In this document: positions 1 to 6,715 of the stretch, piece by piece
Numbering within the stretch: position 1 is the stretch's first letter
Layout of the letters: the number at the start of each line of letters is the position of its first letter
Origin: a virus
Strand: one strand, 5' to 3'
Length of the DNA stretch: 35,472 nt
Virus record (IMG/VR): IMGVR_UViG_3300028008_000050
Notes under the pieces: model-generated
What the model saw: the letters and a program-made list of their open reading frames with translations, nothing else
What the model was told of the DNA's origin: nothing
Databases searched by the model: none
Made by a program: the position numbers and the translations under genes

Positions 1-1
1 T

Positions 2-223
2 GCTAGTAGTGTTCGTGCTTATATTACACACGGAGTATTAAGTAACGAAGCATGTCAAAAGGTTGAGAAGTCAGTACTAGATGAATTAGTAGTTACTGAT
101 ACTATTCCTAATCGTTGTCCTAAGAACTGTAAGAAAACTAGACAAGTAAGTGTTAGTAACCTATTTGGCGAAGCAATACGCAGAGTTACTAATGAAGAAT
201 CAGTAAGTAGTCTGTTTGTATAA
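2..223 (+). CDS. prs: ribose-phosphate pyrophosphokinase (PRPP synthetase), C-terminal fragment; 5' end lies outside the window
   Basis: The translation ...VVTDTIPN...QVSVSNLFGEAIRRVTNEESVSSLFV* matches the conserved Prs C-terminus. Stop TAA is at 221-223. Confidence 0.8.
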   Translation, partial: ASSVRAYITHGVLSNEACQKVEKSVLDELVVTDTIPNRCPKNCKKTRQVSVSNLFGEAIRRVTNEESVSSLFV

Positions 224-447
224 TGAATTGGGAAGTACAAGATTTTAGACCAAAGAAACCAGTACCAAGTTGGGCTGAATGGATTTGGCCAAGAGACATG
301 GCTATGTTTATCCTATGGCGATTATTCTTTTGGACTGTAATAATTCCTTTTGTTTTATTTGGTGCAGTACTAACTCCATTAGGACTCTTAATACAAATTC
401 TCGTAATAGATTACTTTACATATCTTCAGTGGAAGAACCAACAGTAA
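223..447 (+). CDS. small hydrophobic (2-TM) protein, function unknown
   Basis: 74-aa ORF. Its ATG overlaps the prs stop (TAATG). It contains long hydrophobic stretches. Confidence 0.5.
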   Translation: MNWEVQDFRPKKPVPSWAEWIWPRDMAMFILWRLFFWTVIIPFVLFGAVLTPLGLLIQILVIDYFTYLQWKNQQ

Positions 448-483
448 TAAATACATACACAGCATAGCAAAGGAGACAATGAT

Positions 484-993
484 TTGTCTGACGTACTTGT
501 ACTTAATGCAGACGCACAACCATTATCATATCTACCCCTATCAGCAATTCAATGGAAAGAAGCAATAACCTATCTGTGGATGGATAAGGTTACAGTATTA
601 GATTGGTATGATGATTGGATTGTAAGTTCTCCTACTTGGGAAACTCGTGTACCGGCTGTGATCATGCTAAAGCAACAACAACGTAAACGGCGGAAGCCTC
701 GCTTCTCTAAAGTAAACTTATACATTCGTGACTTATACACTTGCCAATACTGCGACATACAATTAATTAAAAAAGAACTTACCCTTGATCATGTTATACC
801 TTTGAGTAAAGGTGGACGTACATCTTGGGAAAACATTGTGGCGGCTTGTATGCCTTGTAACACTCGTAAGGGTAACAAAACTGCAATGAAACCTAAACGT
901 GAACCATATGCTCCAGACTATTACGATCTAGTTAACAAGCGTAAACAAATGGATCTAAAGATCAAACACCCTTCCTGGACCAACTACATATAA
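484..993 (+). CDS. HNH endonuclease (McrA-like, free-standing)
   Basis: HNH motif CQYCD...LTLDHVIPLSKGG...WENIVAACMPCNTRKGNK. TTG start, with SD AAGGAG (470-475) 8 nt upstream. Confidence 0.85.
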   Translation: MSDVLVLNADAQPLSYLPLSAIQWKEAITYLWMDKVTVLDWYDDWIVSSPTWETRVPAVIMLKQQQRKRRKPRFSKVNLYIRDLYTCQYCDIQLIKKELTLDHVIPLSKGGRTSWENIVAACMPCNTRKGNKTAMKPKREPYAPDYYDLVNKRKQMDLKIKHPSWTNYI

Positions 994-1073
994 TAGTAGT
1001 ATTTAATTATACAACTTAAAGCCATTAAATAAGAGTGTAAATATATTTACACCTAACATGAGAGGGCTCTAGG

Positions 1074-1217
1074 ATGGATTTTCGTTTTACATTGATACTT
1101 CTATTTGCTCTTGCCATGTTAGCATTATTTGTCAAGCCAGGACATGTCCCCCAAGAAAAAATTTATGATCCAGACGAAAAGGCTTGGAACGAAGTTGACG
1201 AAATAATAAACAAATAA
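1074..1217 (+). CDS. 47-aa small membrane/secreted peptide (below the ORF-track cutoff)
   Basis: ATG 1074 follows GAGGG. Hydrophobic N-terminus MDFRFTLILLFALAMLALF. Tandem hairpins follow. Confidence 0.35.
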   Translation: MDFRFTLILLFALAMLALFVKPGHVPQEKIYDPDEKAWNEVDEIINK

Positions 1218-1227
1218 GAATGCCCCC

Positions 1228-1285
1228 GAACACTTCCGAGTGTTCAGAAAACCCTCTATAATGATGTAGAGGGTTTTCTTTTTGT
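1228..1285 (+). terminator. tandem hairpins; the second is a rho-independent terminator
   Basis: First hairpin: gaacac/gtgttc (1228-1245). Second hairpin: aaaaccctcta/tagagggtttt (1248-1277), followed by cttttttg. Confidence 0.6.
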
Positions 1286-1292
1286 TTCACTC

Positions 1293-1323
1293 TTGACTTT
1301 TGCTAAAACCTGTGCTATAAATA
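1293..1323 (+). promoter_or_regulatory. sigma70-type promoter TTGACT-N17-TATAAA overlapping a perfect TATAAATA late-type box
   Basis: TTGACT at 1293-1298, a 17-nt spacer, and TATAAATA at 1316-1323. It sits about 120 nt upstream of the 1443 CDS. Confidence 0.55.
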
Positions 1324-1442
1324 AAACTGTTTGTATAATTGTTCGAATTATGCAAAGCATGGAAGTTGGGCAACGTTGAGCCCAATCTCTTTTAACTTGT
1401 GAGCGATGTGGTAAAAGCATCAAGCAGATAGGAGAAATAATA

Positions 1443-2402
1443 ATGGACGCACTCACCCTATGGATGGCAATCGGATTTCTTTTCGCGGCCTATTCAGTAA
1501 TAGCAAATGATTCAGTACAAACACTAGGTACATGGATCGCAAGTAATAACGATAAATTCAATTGGAAAATTATGTGGGGGTGTGCAAGTGCAGTTCTCCT
1601 TTATACATTGTGGTACGGTTGGACAGTAAATGGTGGAGACATCAGTTACGGTAGACTTAACAAGATACCGTTCCAAGAAATACAATGGTACCATGCGGCG
1701 GCACCAGGACTACTATTAATACTAACAAGAATTGGCGTACCAGTGAGTACGTCATTTTTAGTTTTAAGTGCCTTTGCAAGTACATTTGTATTAGAGAAGA
1801 TGCTCGTAAAGAGTATGATGGGATATGCAGTCGCGGCTGTGGCGGCATATTGTATTTGGATAGTGGTTACTAAACTACTAGATGAAGCAAAGCCTGTTAA
1901 AGAAGAACATAAGAAAGCATGGCGTGTAGCACAATGGGTAACAACAGGCTTCCTGTGGTTTACTTGGCTCAGTCATGACATGGCAAACATTGCCGTGTTC
2001 CTACCTAGAGAGATACCTTGGGACTTAATGGTTATTATCTCACTTGTATTTGTAGGCGGACTTGCTTATATGTTTAAAGAAGGCGGAGGTAAGATACAAA
2101 AGATTGTTATTGAAAAGCACAATACAAGATATGTTCGTAGTGCTACTATCATTGACGGTGTGTATTGGTTGATCCTTTGGTTCTTCAAAGAGTATAACGA
2201 TATACCTATGTCGACAACTTGGGTGTTCGTTGGACTATTATGTGGACGTGAACTTGCTATGGCAACTATGACAGGCAAGGAAAAGTTCAAGACAGTATTT
2301 CCACTTGTAACTAAAGACTTCATTAAGATGATGATTGGCTTGGGTGCTTCTGTGGGAGTAGTGTTAATGATACACTATGTTATCGTACCAAACGGATATT
2401 AA
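1443..2402 (+). CDS. polytopic membrane protein, PiT/PHO4-like inorganic ion (phosphate/sulfate) permease candidate
   Basis: 319 aa with multiple TM segments. Two copies of a PiT-like signature: VIANDSVQTLGTWIAS (N-terminal half) and LSHDMANIAVFLP (C-terminal half), compared with GANDVANxxGTxVGS. SD TAGGAGAAATAA. Confidence 0.55.
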   Translation: MDALTLWMAIGFLFAAYSVIANDSVQTLGTWIASNNDKFNWKIMWGCASAVLLYTLWYGWTVNGGDISYGRLNKIPFQEIQWYHAAAPGLLLILTRIGVPVSTSFLVLSAFASTFVLEKMLVKSMMGYAVAAVAAYCIWIVVTKLLDEAKPVKEEHKKAWRVAQWVTTGFLWFTWLSHDMANIAVFLPREIPWDLMVIISLVFVGGLAYMFKEGGGKIQKIVIEKHNTRYVRSATIIDGVYWLILWFFKEYNDIPMSTTWVFVGLLCGRELAMATMTGKEKFKTVFPLVTKDFIKMMIGLGASVGVVLMIHYVIVPNGY

Positions 2403-2770
2403 AGTTTAATTTCTGTTAAACCATTTTCCCTATCAAGGTATTTAAAATCTATCTTGGTAGGGTTATATTTTTGCAACCAATCAAATACTATATTAGGATC
2501 AAATACTCCGCAAGTATATACATCAAGTTGTATCATAGCAGGATCTGTTTCATCCCATGTGTGTATTATAACATGACTAGTTTCTATAATAGTAGCAACA
2601 GTCAACCCTCTATTACCTTTCATATTACAATATTTGGCATATGGTCCCATTAGGATCTTCATACCTATTGCTTCTATCAAGGCTTTTACATCATTACTTG
2701 TAAGGGTTTCATCTGTTGGCGGATTAGTAACTTCCGCTCGAATTATCACATGTTTGTGAACTAACTGCAT
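2399..2770 (-). CDS. speD: S-adenosylmethionine decarboxylase proenzyme, pyruvoyl class 1 (SpeH/SpeD-like)
   Basis: IIETSHVIIHTWDE...LDVYTCG matches AESHxxxHTWPE...DxFTCG. The processing site reads E-T-S-H instead of E-S-H. Confidence 0.8.
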   Translation of the reverse strand: MQLVHKHVIIRAEVTNPPTDETLTSNDVKALIEAIGMKILMGPYAKYCNMKGNRGLTVATIIETSHVIIHTWDETDPAMIQLDVYTCGVFDPNIVFDWLQKYNPTKIDFKYLDRENGLTEIKL

Positions 2771-2798
2771 TTATGTCAGAGTTATTTATAACAAAGTT

Positions 2799-2810
2799 CT
2801 AATAAATACT
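2799..2810 (+). promoter_or_regulatory. late-type promoter-like box CTAATAAATACT
   Basis: ATAAATA at 2802-2808, 25 nt upstream of ATG 2833. The identical 12-mer recurs at 10748-10759. Confidence 0.4.
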
Positions 2811-2832
2811 CATATTACTGAGAGGGAAAACG

Positions 2833-3627
2833 ATGATACCAGAACAAGGGATTATGACTATGAACTTCAAGCAAAGAAGTTTATTGTTTGCAAAAATAAG
2901 CCAAATTGCTTACTTAAATAAAGCCAATGCTACAAAGCAGGCTAAAAAAATAGGTTTTACAACTGTAGAGTACTACGATGTAAAAGGAGCTCAATCTTAC
3001 CGTTTTATGAATAAACGTGATTTAGTTATAGCTTGTAGGGGAACAGAGCCAACACAATATGCTGATATTAAAGCTGATGCCAATGCATTGCCAGTTATAG
3101 CAGAAACAGTTAGTAGAGTACACAAAGGATTCAAAGGGCAAGTAGACGAGCTATGGCCAGCTATTAGAGAAGACTTAACTCGTACACAAAATAAAAATAA
3201 AGATGTGTGGTTTACAGGACACAGTTTAGGAGCGGCAATGGCAACTATTATGGCTAGTCGTTGTATGTTCTTTGAGCTAGTACCTAACCCAGAAGAACTT
3301 TACACATACGGATCACCAAGAGTAGGTTGGAAAGGTTACGTTGATAGTTTAGGCATTACCCATCATCGTTGGAAGAACAATAACGATATAGTAACAACTG
3401 TTCCTCTTGCAATTATGGGTTTCAAACATCACGGAACTATGCACTACCTAAACAGTTATGGAAATGTACGTAGACCTACTGGTTGGCAAATGATTAAAGA
3501 TAGATTACGTGGCATGTGGACAGGAATCAAAAAAGGAAAAATAGATAACTTTTCAGATCATTTGATTCATAACTACATTGAACATTTACAAAACTACAAA
3601 GACGGAAAAGAAAACCCACAAAAATAA
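2833..3627 (+). CDS. class 3 (fungal-type) lipase / alpha-beta hydrolase
   Basis: VIACRGTEP, nucleophile elbow GHSLGAAMA, NNNDIVTTVP and a C-terminal SDHLIHNY. SD GAGGG. Confidence 0.85.
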   Translation: MIPEQGIMTMNFKQRSLLFAKISQIAYLNKANATKQAKKIGFTTVEYYDVKGAQSYRFMNKRDLVIACRGTEPTQYADIKADANALPVIAETVSRVHKGFKGQVDELWPAIREDLTRTQNKNKDVWFTGHSLGAAMATIMASRCMFFELVPNPEELYTYGSPRVGWKGYVDSLGITHHRWKNNNDIVTTVPLAIMGFKHHGTMHYLNSYGNVRRPTGWQMIKDRLRGMWTGIKKGKIDNFSDHLIHNYIEHLQNYKDGKENPQK

Positions 3628-3630
3628 AAT

Positions 3631-3819
3631 ATGACTCGTAAAACAAATACCATGTTGATAGGCCTACTTGGTACTATACTTCTAGGCTTAGCTTCATGGA
3701 CATTGATTACATTGATGGAGTTACAGATACTAGTTAGTATGATTGAACAAGACCTAATAAGTATTGACAAACAGTTTGGTCGTGTGTACAACTTTATAGA
3801 TAGTGTTAGACAACGTTAA
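3631..3819 (+). CDS. small single-pass membrane protein
   Basis: 62 aa. TM segment MLIGLLGTILLGLASWTLITL. Confidence 0.45.
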   Translation: MTRKTNTMLIGLLGTILLGLASWTLITLMELQILVSMIEQDLISIDKQFGRVYNFIDSVRQR

Positions 3820-3821
3820 GT

Positions 3822-3895
3822 TGGCATAGGTGGAGGGAATCGAACCCCCATTAACTGGTTTGGAATCAGTTGTGTTACCATTACACCACACCCAT
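3822..3895 (-). tRNA. tRNA-Trp (anticodon CCA), CCA encoded
   Basis: The reverse complement folds as a cloverleaf: acceptor ATGGGTG/CACCTAT, anticodon loop TTCCAAA, T-arm GGGGG-TTCGATT-CCCTC, then G-CCA. Confidence 0.85.
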
Positions 3896-3932
3896 AAAAA
3901 AAGCCCCTAATAAAATTAATTACTAGGGGCTT
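3896..3932 (-). terminator. rho-independent terminator-like hairpin on the minus strand, abutting the 5' end of tRNA-Trp
   Basis: 8-9 bp stem agccccta/taggggct (3902-3909 / 3924-3931). On the minus strand it is followed by a U7 run (3896-3902). Confidence 0.6.
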
Positions 3933-4050
3933 CGCAATATAACTTTTTTTAGAAAGTCACATCAAGACATACCCCTCAAGGGCCAACATAATTGTGTTCT
4001 GATAGTCTTTGACATGTTTGAAATTTTCCTGTGTTCTTAGTTATACATAT

Positions 4051-4079
4051 AATATAACATCTGTATTTAGTGTTGTCAA
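4051..4079 (-). promoter_or_regulatory. sigma70-type promoter TTGACA-N17-TATATT (minus strand)
   Basis: tgtcaa at 4074-4079 (overlaps the iscU stop codon), a 17-nt spacer, and aatata at 4051-4056. Confidence 0.5.
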
Positions 4080-4456
4080 CCTTTTATTTTAGATTTATAA
4101 TCTTTTATTGCAGATTTAATTGCATCTTCGGCTAGAACTGAACAATGTATTTTAACTGGCGGTAATGCAAGTTCTTCTACAATGTCCATATTCTTTACTG
4201 CTGATGCTTCGTCTAGTGTCATACCTTTAACCATCTCAGTTACTAAACTTGAACTTGCTATTGCACTACCGCAACCATAAGTTTTAAATTTAGCATCTGT
4301 TATTATACCTTCTTCAACTTCTATCTGTAGACGCATAACATCACCACATGCTGGTGCACCTACCATTCCTGTTCCTATATTATCTTTCTTTGGATCAAAT
4401 GTTCCGACGTTGCGTGGGTTTTCGTAATGGTCAAGTACCTTTTCAGAGTATGCCAT
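4076..4456 (-). CDS. iscU: Fe-S cluster assembly scaffold IscU
   Basis: MAYSEKVLDHYENPRNVG..GAPACGDVM..YGCGSAIASSS..LPPVKIHCSVLAEDA. All three cluster-ligand Cys motifs are present. Confidence 0.9.
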   Translation of the reverse strand: MAYSEKVLDHYENPRNVGTFDPKKDNIGTGMVGAPACGDVMRLQIEVEEGIITDAKFKTYGCGSAIASSSLVTEMVKGMTLDEASAVKNMDIVEELALPPVKIHCSVLAEDAIKSAIKDYKSKIKG

Positions 4457-4483
4457 ATTAGCCTCGTGTAGTTATACTACATC

Positions 4484-4491
4484 TATTTATA
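4484..4491 (-). promoter_or_regulatory. TATAAATA late-type box (minus strand) upstream of iscU
   Basis: tatttata on the plus strand equals TATAAATA on the minus strand. It lies 28 nt upstream of the iscU ATG (4456). Confidence 0.4.
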
Positions 4492-4499
4492 ACTTATAT

Positions 4500-4599
4500 T
4501 GGCTCTGGGGGAAGGACTCGAACCTCCACGATAAATAATTTGCCGTCATTTACCACACGAGAAACAATCGTGCGTGTCTACCAATTTCACCACCCCAGA
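4500..4599 (-). tRNA. atypical 100-nt tRNA-like gene; anticodon loop reads GUU (Asn) with a ~27-nt extra arm; CCA encoded
   Basis: Perfect 7-bp acceptor TCTGGGG/CCCCAGA plus G-CCA. Leu-like D-arm GTG-AAATTGGTAGA-CAC. Anticodon stem CACGA/TCGTG with loop TTGTTTC. Extra arm: an 8-bp stem (TGGTAAAT/ATTTATCG) with an 11-nt loop. T-arm GGAGG-TTCGAGT-CCTTC. Confidence 0.6.
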
Positions 4600-4605
4600 T
4601 TATTC

Positions 4606-5481
4606 TTATACTTTGTTAATCTTTTCTAGTGCAGGAATCATACGTGTTATACCTATGCCTCCGCCTACTCTTTGAAAGAAGTCAAACTCTAAGAACTTTT
4701 CTAGTTCCGCTTCAACTCTTTCCTTACCGAATAGTTTGAATAGTAACTCTGAATAAGCACCGTCTGTAATACTATGGAATGTATCACGCATCATATCAAC
4801 ATCACATGAGCGTTCTGCTGATCCAATAGTTTCCATACCACCTAGTATAACGTCCATCTTCTTTGCAGTATTTCCGTCATCGTTTCTAGCCATGTTCCAG
4901 AAAGGTGATGTTAGTTCAGGGAAGTTTGTAATAAGTGTTTGACCAAACTCTTTTTCCATTGCAAGTTCGTGTTCTGCTTCCATTTCTGTATCAGCACTTA
5001 GTCCAAAGTGTTGTTGCCATTCAGCATAAGTCTTTTCTGTAATGTTGCCAAAGCCTAAGTATTCACATAGTTCATACTCCATTGCTTTTAGATCATCTAC
5101 ATTACCTGGCATTTCAAATTCAAACATTGGAAATATTATATCATGTCTGCCTGGTATTGCGTTTGGTTCCTGTCTATAGGAAGTGGAGACACAAAAAAAC
5201 CCCTTACTATCGGGGCTACTTAATAATTCATGTTCTAACCACATCTGGCCTGTTTGCGGCAATGGCCAAACCTGGCCTGCGTAATTGTATGTTGCTACAT
5301 TGAATGGATCTTCACATGCGGCAAGTATGCTTAGTCTGTTTTGGGTATGGACTTCTAAAAATCCTTTATCCAAAAAAAATGACCTTAAAAGGCCAACTGT
5401 CTTCGTAAATTTATTTGGGGATATCAACTGCGTCATTTTCTTTTTTTCCTTTTCATTAGTCAAAAAAAATTTGCTCAACAA
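4606..5481 (-). CDS. class IIb aminoacyl-tRNA-synthetase catalytic core paralog (AsnRS-like / archaeal-type asparagine synthetase A-like), no anticodon-binding domain
   Basis: Motif 2-like STSYRQEPNAIPGRHDIIFPMFEFEM, then GGMETIGSAERS, and motif 3 RVGGGIGITRM. It is only 276-291 aa. An alternative start is MTQLISP at 5436. Confidence 0.75.
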   Translation of the reverse strand: MLSKFFLTNEKEKKKMTQLISPNKFTKTVGLLRSFFLDKGFLEVHTQNRLSILAACEDPFNVATYNYAGQVWPLPQTGQMWLEHELLSSPDSKGFFCVSTSYRQEPNAIPGRHDIIFPMFEFEMPGNVDDLKAMEYELCEYLGFGNITEKTYAEWQQHFGLSADTEMEAEHELAMEKEFGQTLITNFPELTSPFWNMARNDDGNTAKKMDVILGGMETIGSAERSCDVDMMRDTFHSITDGAYSELLFKLFGKERVEAELEKFLEFDFFQRVGGGIGITRMIPALEKINKV

Positions 5482-5490
5482 GTGCCGAGC

Positions 5491-5661
5491 TTAATTTTCC
5501 TTCTCATTATTTATCCTCGCGACTCCTGTTTTGCCGCAATGCGGACAATGGAAAGTGTAACGTTCAATACGTAACTTTTCTTCCATTGTCGCATAGGTGA
5601 ACCAGTTAGAACAACTAGTGCAAGTTAAATGCCATATGATCTCTTTAACAGCATTAAACAT
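5491..5661 (-). CDS. 56-aa zinc-ribbon protein (below the ORF-track cutoff)
   Basis: MFNAVKEIIWHLTCTSCSNW...YTFHCPHCGKTG carries two CxxC pairs. It fills the gap between two minus-strand genes. Confidence 0.5.
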   Translation of the reverse strand: MFNAVKEIIWHLTCTSCSNWFTYATMEEKLRIERYTFHCPHCGKTGVARINNEKEN

Positions 5662-5823
5662 CTAATCTTGTAATCCTATACAAGGAATAAGAATAGATTG
5701 CTTACAGTTATCTGGATAAGCAATAGCTGAACCAAGTATAGGCATACCTACCATACCAATAATGATAATCAAGAACGCCCATCCTAGTCCTTTTAGTGTG
5801 CAATAATTAGTTTGCTCACTCAT
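5662..5823 (-). CDS. small membrane protein
   Basis: Start MSEQTNY at 5823 overlaps the upstream stop (ATGAGTGA). TM segment WAFLIIIIGMVGMPILGSAIA. Confidence 0.45.
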   Translation of the reverse strand: MSEQTNYCTLKGLGWAFLIIIIGMVGMPILGSAIAYPDNCKQSILIPCIGLQD

Positions 5824-6109
5824 GTTCGCCACCTGCTCCGCGACCAAAGCCGCCAAAGTACTCTGGCTTACGTTTTGCAGTTTCAAATGTTGCAACAGTG
5901 ACCGCTATGGCACCAAGTAATAATGTGTGTAGTACCATACTGAACACACCCATGTACATGCTACCTACAATGATACCAAATACTGTACACCACATCCATG
6001 CAAGAACTTGCATAATCATATGTCGTGTACTAAAGTCTGGAATAACACTTAACGGATTCTTTTCATGATCCATTACTACATTCCAACTGTCGTATACCCA
6101 TTTCCTCAT
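5816..6109 (-). CDS. 2-TM membrane protein, Gly-rich C-terminus, unknown function
   Basis: Start MRKWVYDSW at 6109 with SD AAAGGAG. The longer ORF (to 6172) would include its own promoter. Confidence 0.55.
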   Translation of the reverse strand: MRKWVYDSWNVVMDHEKNPLSVIPDFSTRHMIMQVLAWMWCTVFGIIVGSMYMGVFSMVLHTLLLGAIAVTVATFETAKRKPEYFGGFGRGAGGEHE

Positions 6110-6143
6110 AAGAGTCTCCTTTTGCTTGTCTATACGTACGACT

Positions 6144-6172
6144 AATGTAACATAGGAATTGACGGTTGTCAA
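6144..6172 (-). promoter_or_regulatory. sigma70-type promoter TTGACA-N17-TACATT (minus strand)
   Basis: tgtcaa at 6167-6172, a 17-nt spacer, and aatgta at 6144-6149. Confidence 0.5.
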
Positions 6173-6180
6173 CCTAAAAG

Positions 6181-6256
6181 TGGTGCCGGCACACGGACTC
6201 GAACCGCGGACCTACTGATTACAAATCAGTTGCTCTACCAACTGAGCTATGCCGGC
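6181..6256 (-). tRNA. tRNA-Thr (anticodon TGT), CCA encoded
   Basis: Reverse complement GCCGGCATAGCTCAGTTGGTAGAGCAACTGATTTGTAATCAGT...TGCCGGCACCA forms a canonical cloverleaf. Confidence 0.9.
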
Positions 6257-6258
6257 CT

Positions 6259-6332
6259 TGGAGCGGGTGAGGAGAATCGAACTCCTATCATTAGCTTGGA
6301 AGGCTAAGGTCTTACCATTACACAACACCCGC
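6259..6332 (-). tRNA. tRNA-Gly (anticodon TCC), CCA encoded
   Basis: Reverse complement GCGGGTG...TTAGC-CTTCCAA-GCTAA...AGGAG-TTCGATT-CTCCT-CACCCGC-T-CCA. There is one D-stem mismatch. Confidence 0.9.
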
Positions 6333-6351
6333 TCATGTGTTTAATATACAT

Positions 6352-6380
6352 ACTATATAGCATGTGTTCGGCTTAGTCAA
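6352..6380 (-). promoter_or_regulatory. sigma70-type promoter TTGACT-N17-TATAGT driving the tRNA-Gly/Thr operon (minus strand)
   Basis: agtcaa at 6375-6380, a 17-nt spacer, and actata at 6352-6357. tRNA-Gly starts at 6332. Confidence 0.55.
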
Positions 6381-6439
6381 TCTCTTTATGAACAAGTTTG
6401 TTTATTTCTTTACTAAATACAACATAGGAACTGGATAAT

Positions 6440-6715
6440 ATGAGAAAACGTACAAGATCAATACTAGAAGAACTTAGTAGCTTTAGACAAACTACAGACA
6501 ATGAAGCACTCGTACAAACTACGGGTAATAACCTTATTGAAAGTTCTATTAACTTACTTAATCGCATTGCAGAACAATACGATGCTGAAACTGCTTCGGA
6601 CTTAGAAAGACGATTCATTAACAGTATACGTAGTGGCGACCCTCGCAAGTTCAAACGTGGTGTAGATAAAATTGTTGAATCACGCAACAAAAAGGATACA
6701 AACAATGATTCTTAA
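6440..6715 (+). CDS. hypothetical protein
   Basis: 91-aa ORF leading into the plus-strand gene run. The antisense ORF 6373-6705 is rejected. Confidence 0.5.
   Translation: MRKRTRSILEELSSFRQTTDNEALVQTTGNNLIESSINLLNRIAEQYDAETASDLERRFINSIRSGDPRKFKRGVDKIVESRNKKDTNNDS

Noticed and set aside
2783-2790. A minus-strand TATAAATA box just upstream of speD.
   Set aside because: It is only 13 nt from the ATG, which leaves no room for a leader or SD. It is likely a chance match in an AT-rich divergent intergenic region.
4500-4599. Calling the 100-nt tRNA-like gene tRNA-Leu on the basis of its Leu-like D-arm (AAATTGGTAGA) and long extra arm.
   Set aside because: The only canonical anticodon hairpin shows GUU, the discriminator is G rather than A, and the extra arm is far longer than in Leu tRNAs. 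The identity is left open and flagged as a finding.
5816-6172. Full-length 118-aa version of the minus-strand membrane-protein ORF, and the 77-aa version of 5662-5895.
   Set aside because: A consensus promoter (6144-6172) lies inside the long version, and an AAAGGAG SD precedes the internal ATG at 6109. The downstream gene starts at the ATGAGTGA overlap (5823).
6373-6705. 110-aa minus-strand ORF overlapping the 6440-6715 plus-strand ORF.
   Set aside because: Its 3' end (6373-6380) would run through the -35 box of the minus-strand tRNA promoter (6352-6380). The plus-strand ORF continues the coupled gene run. The composition looks like a shadow frame.
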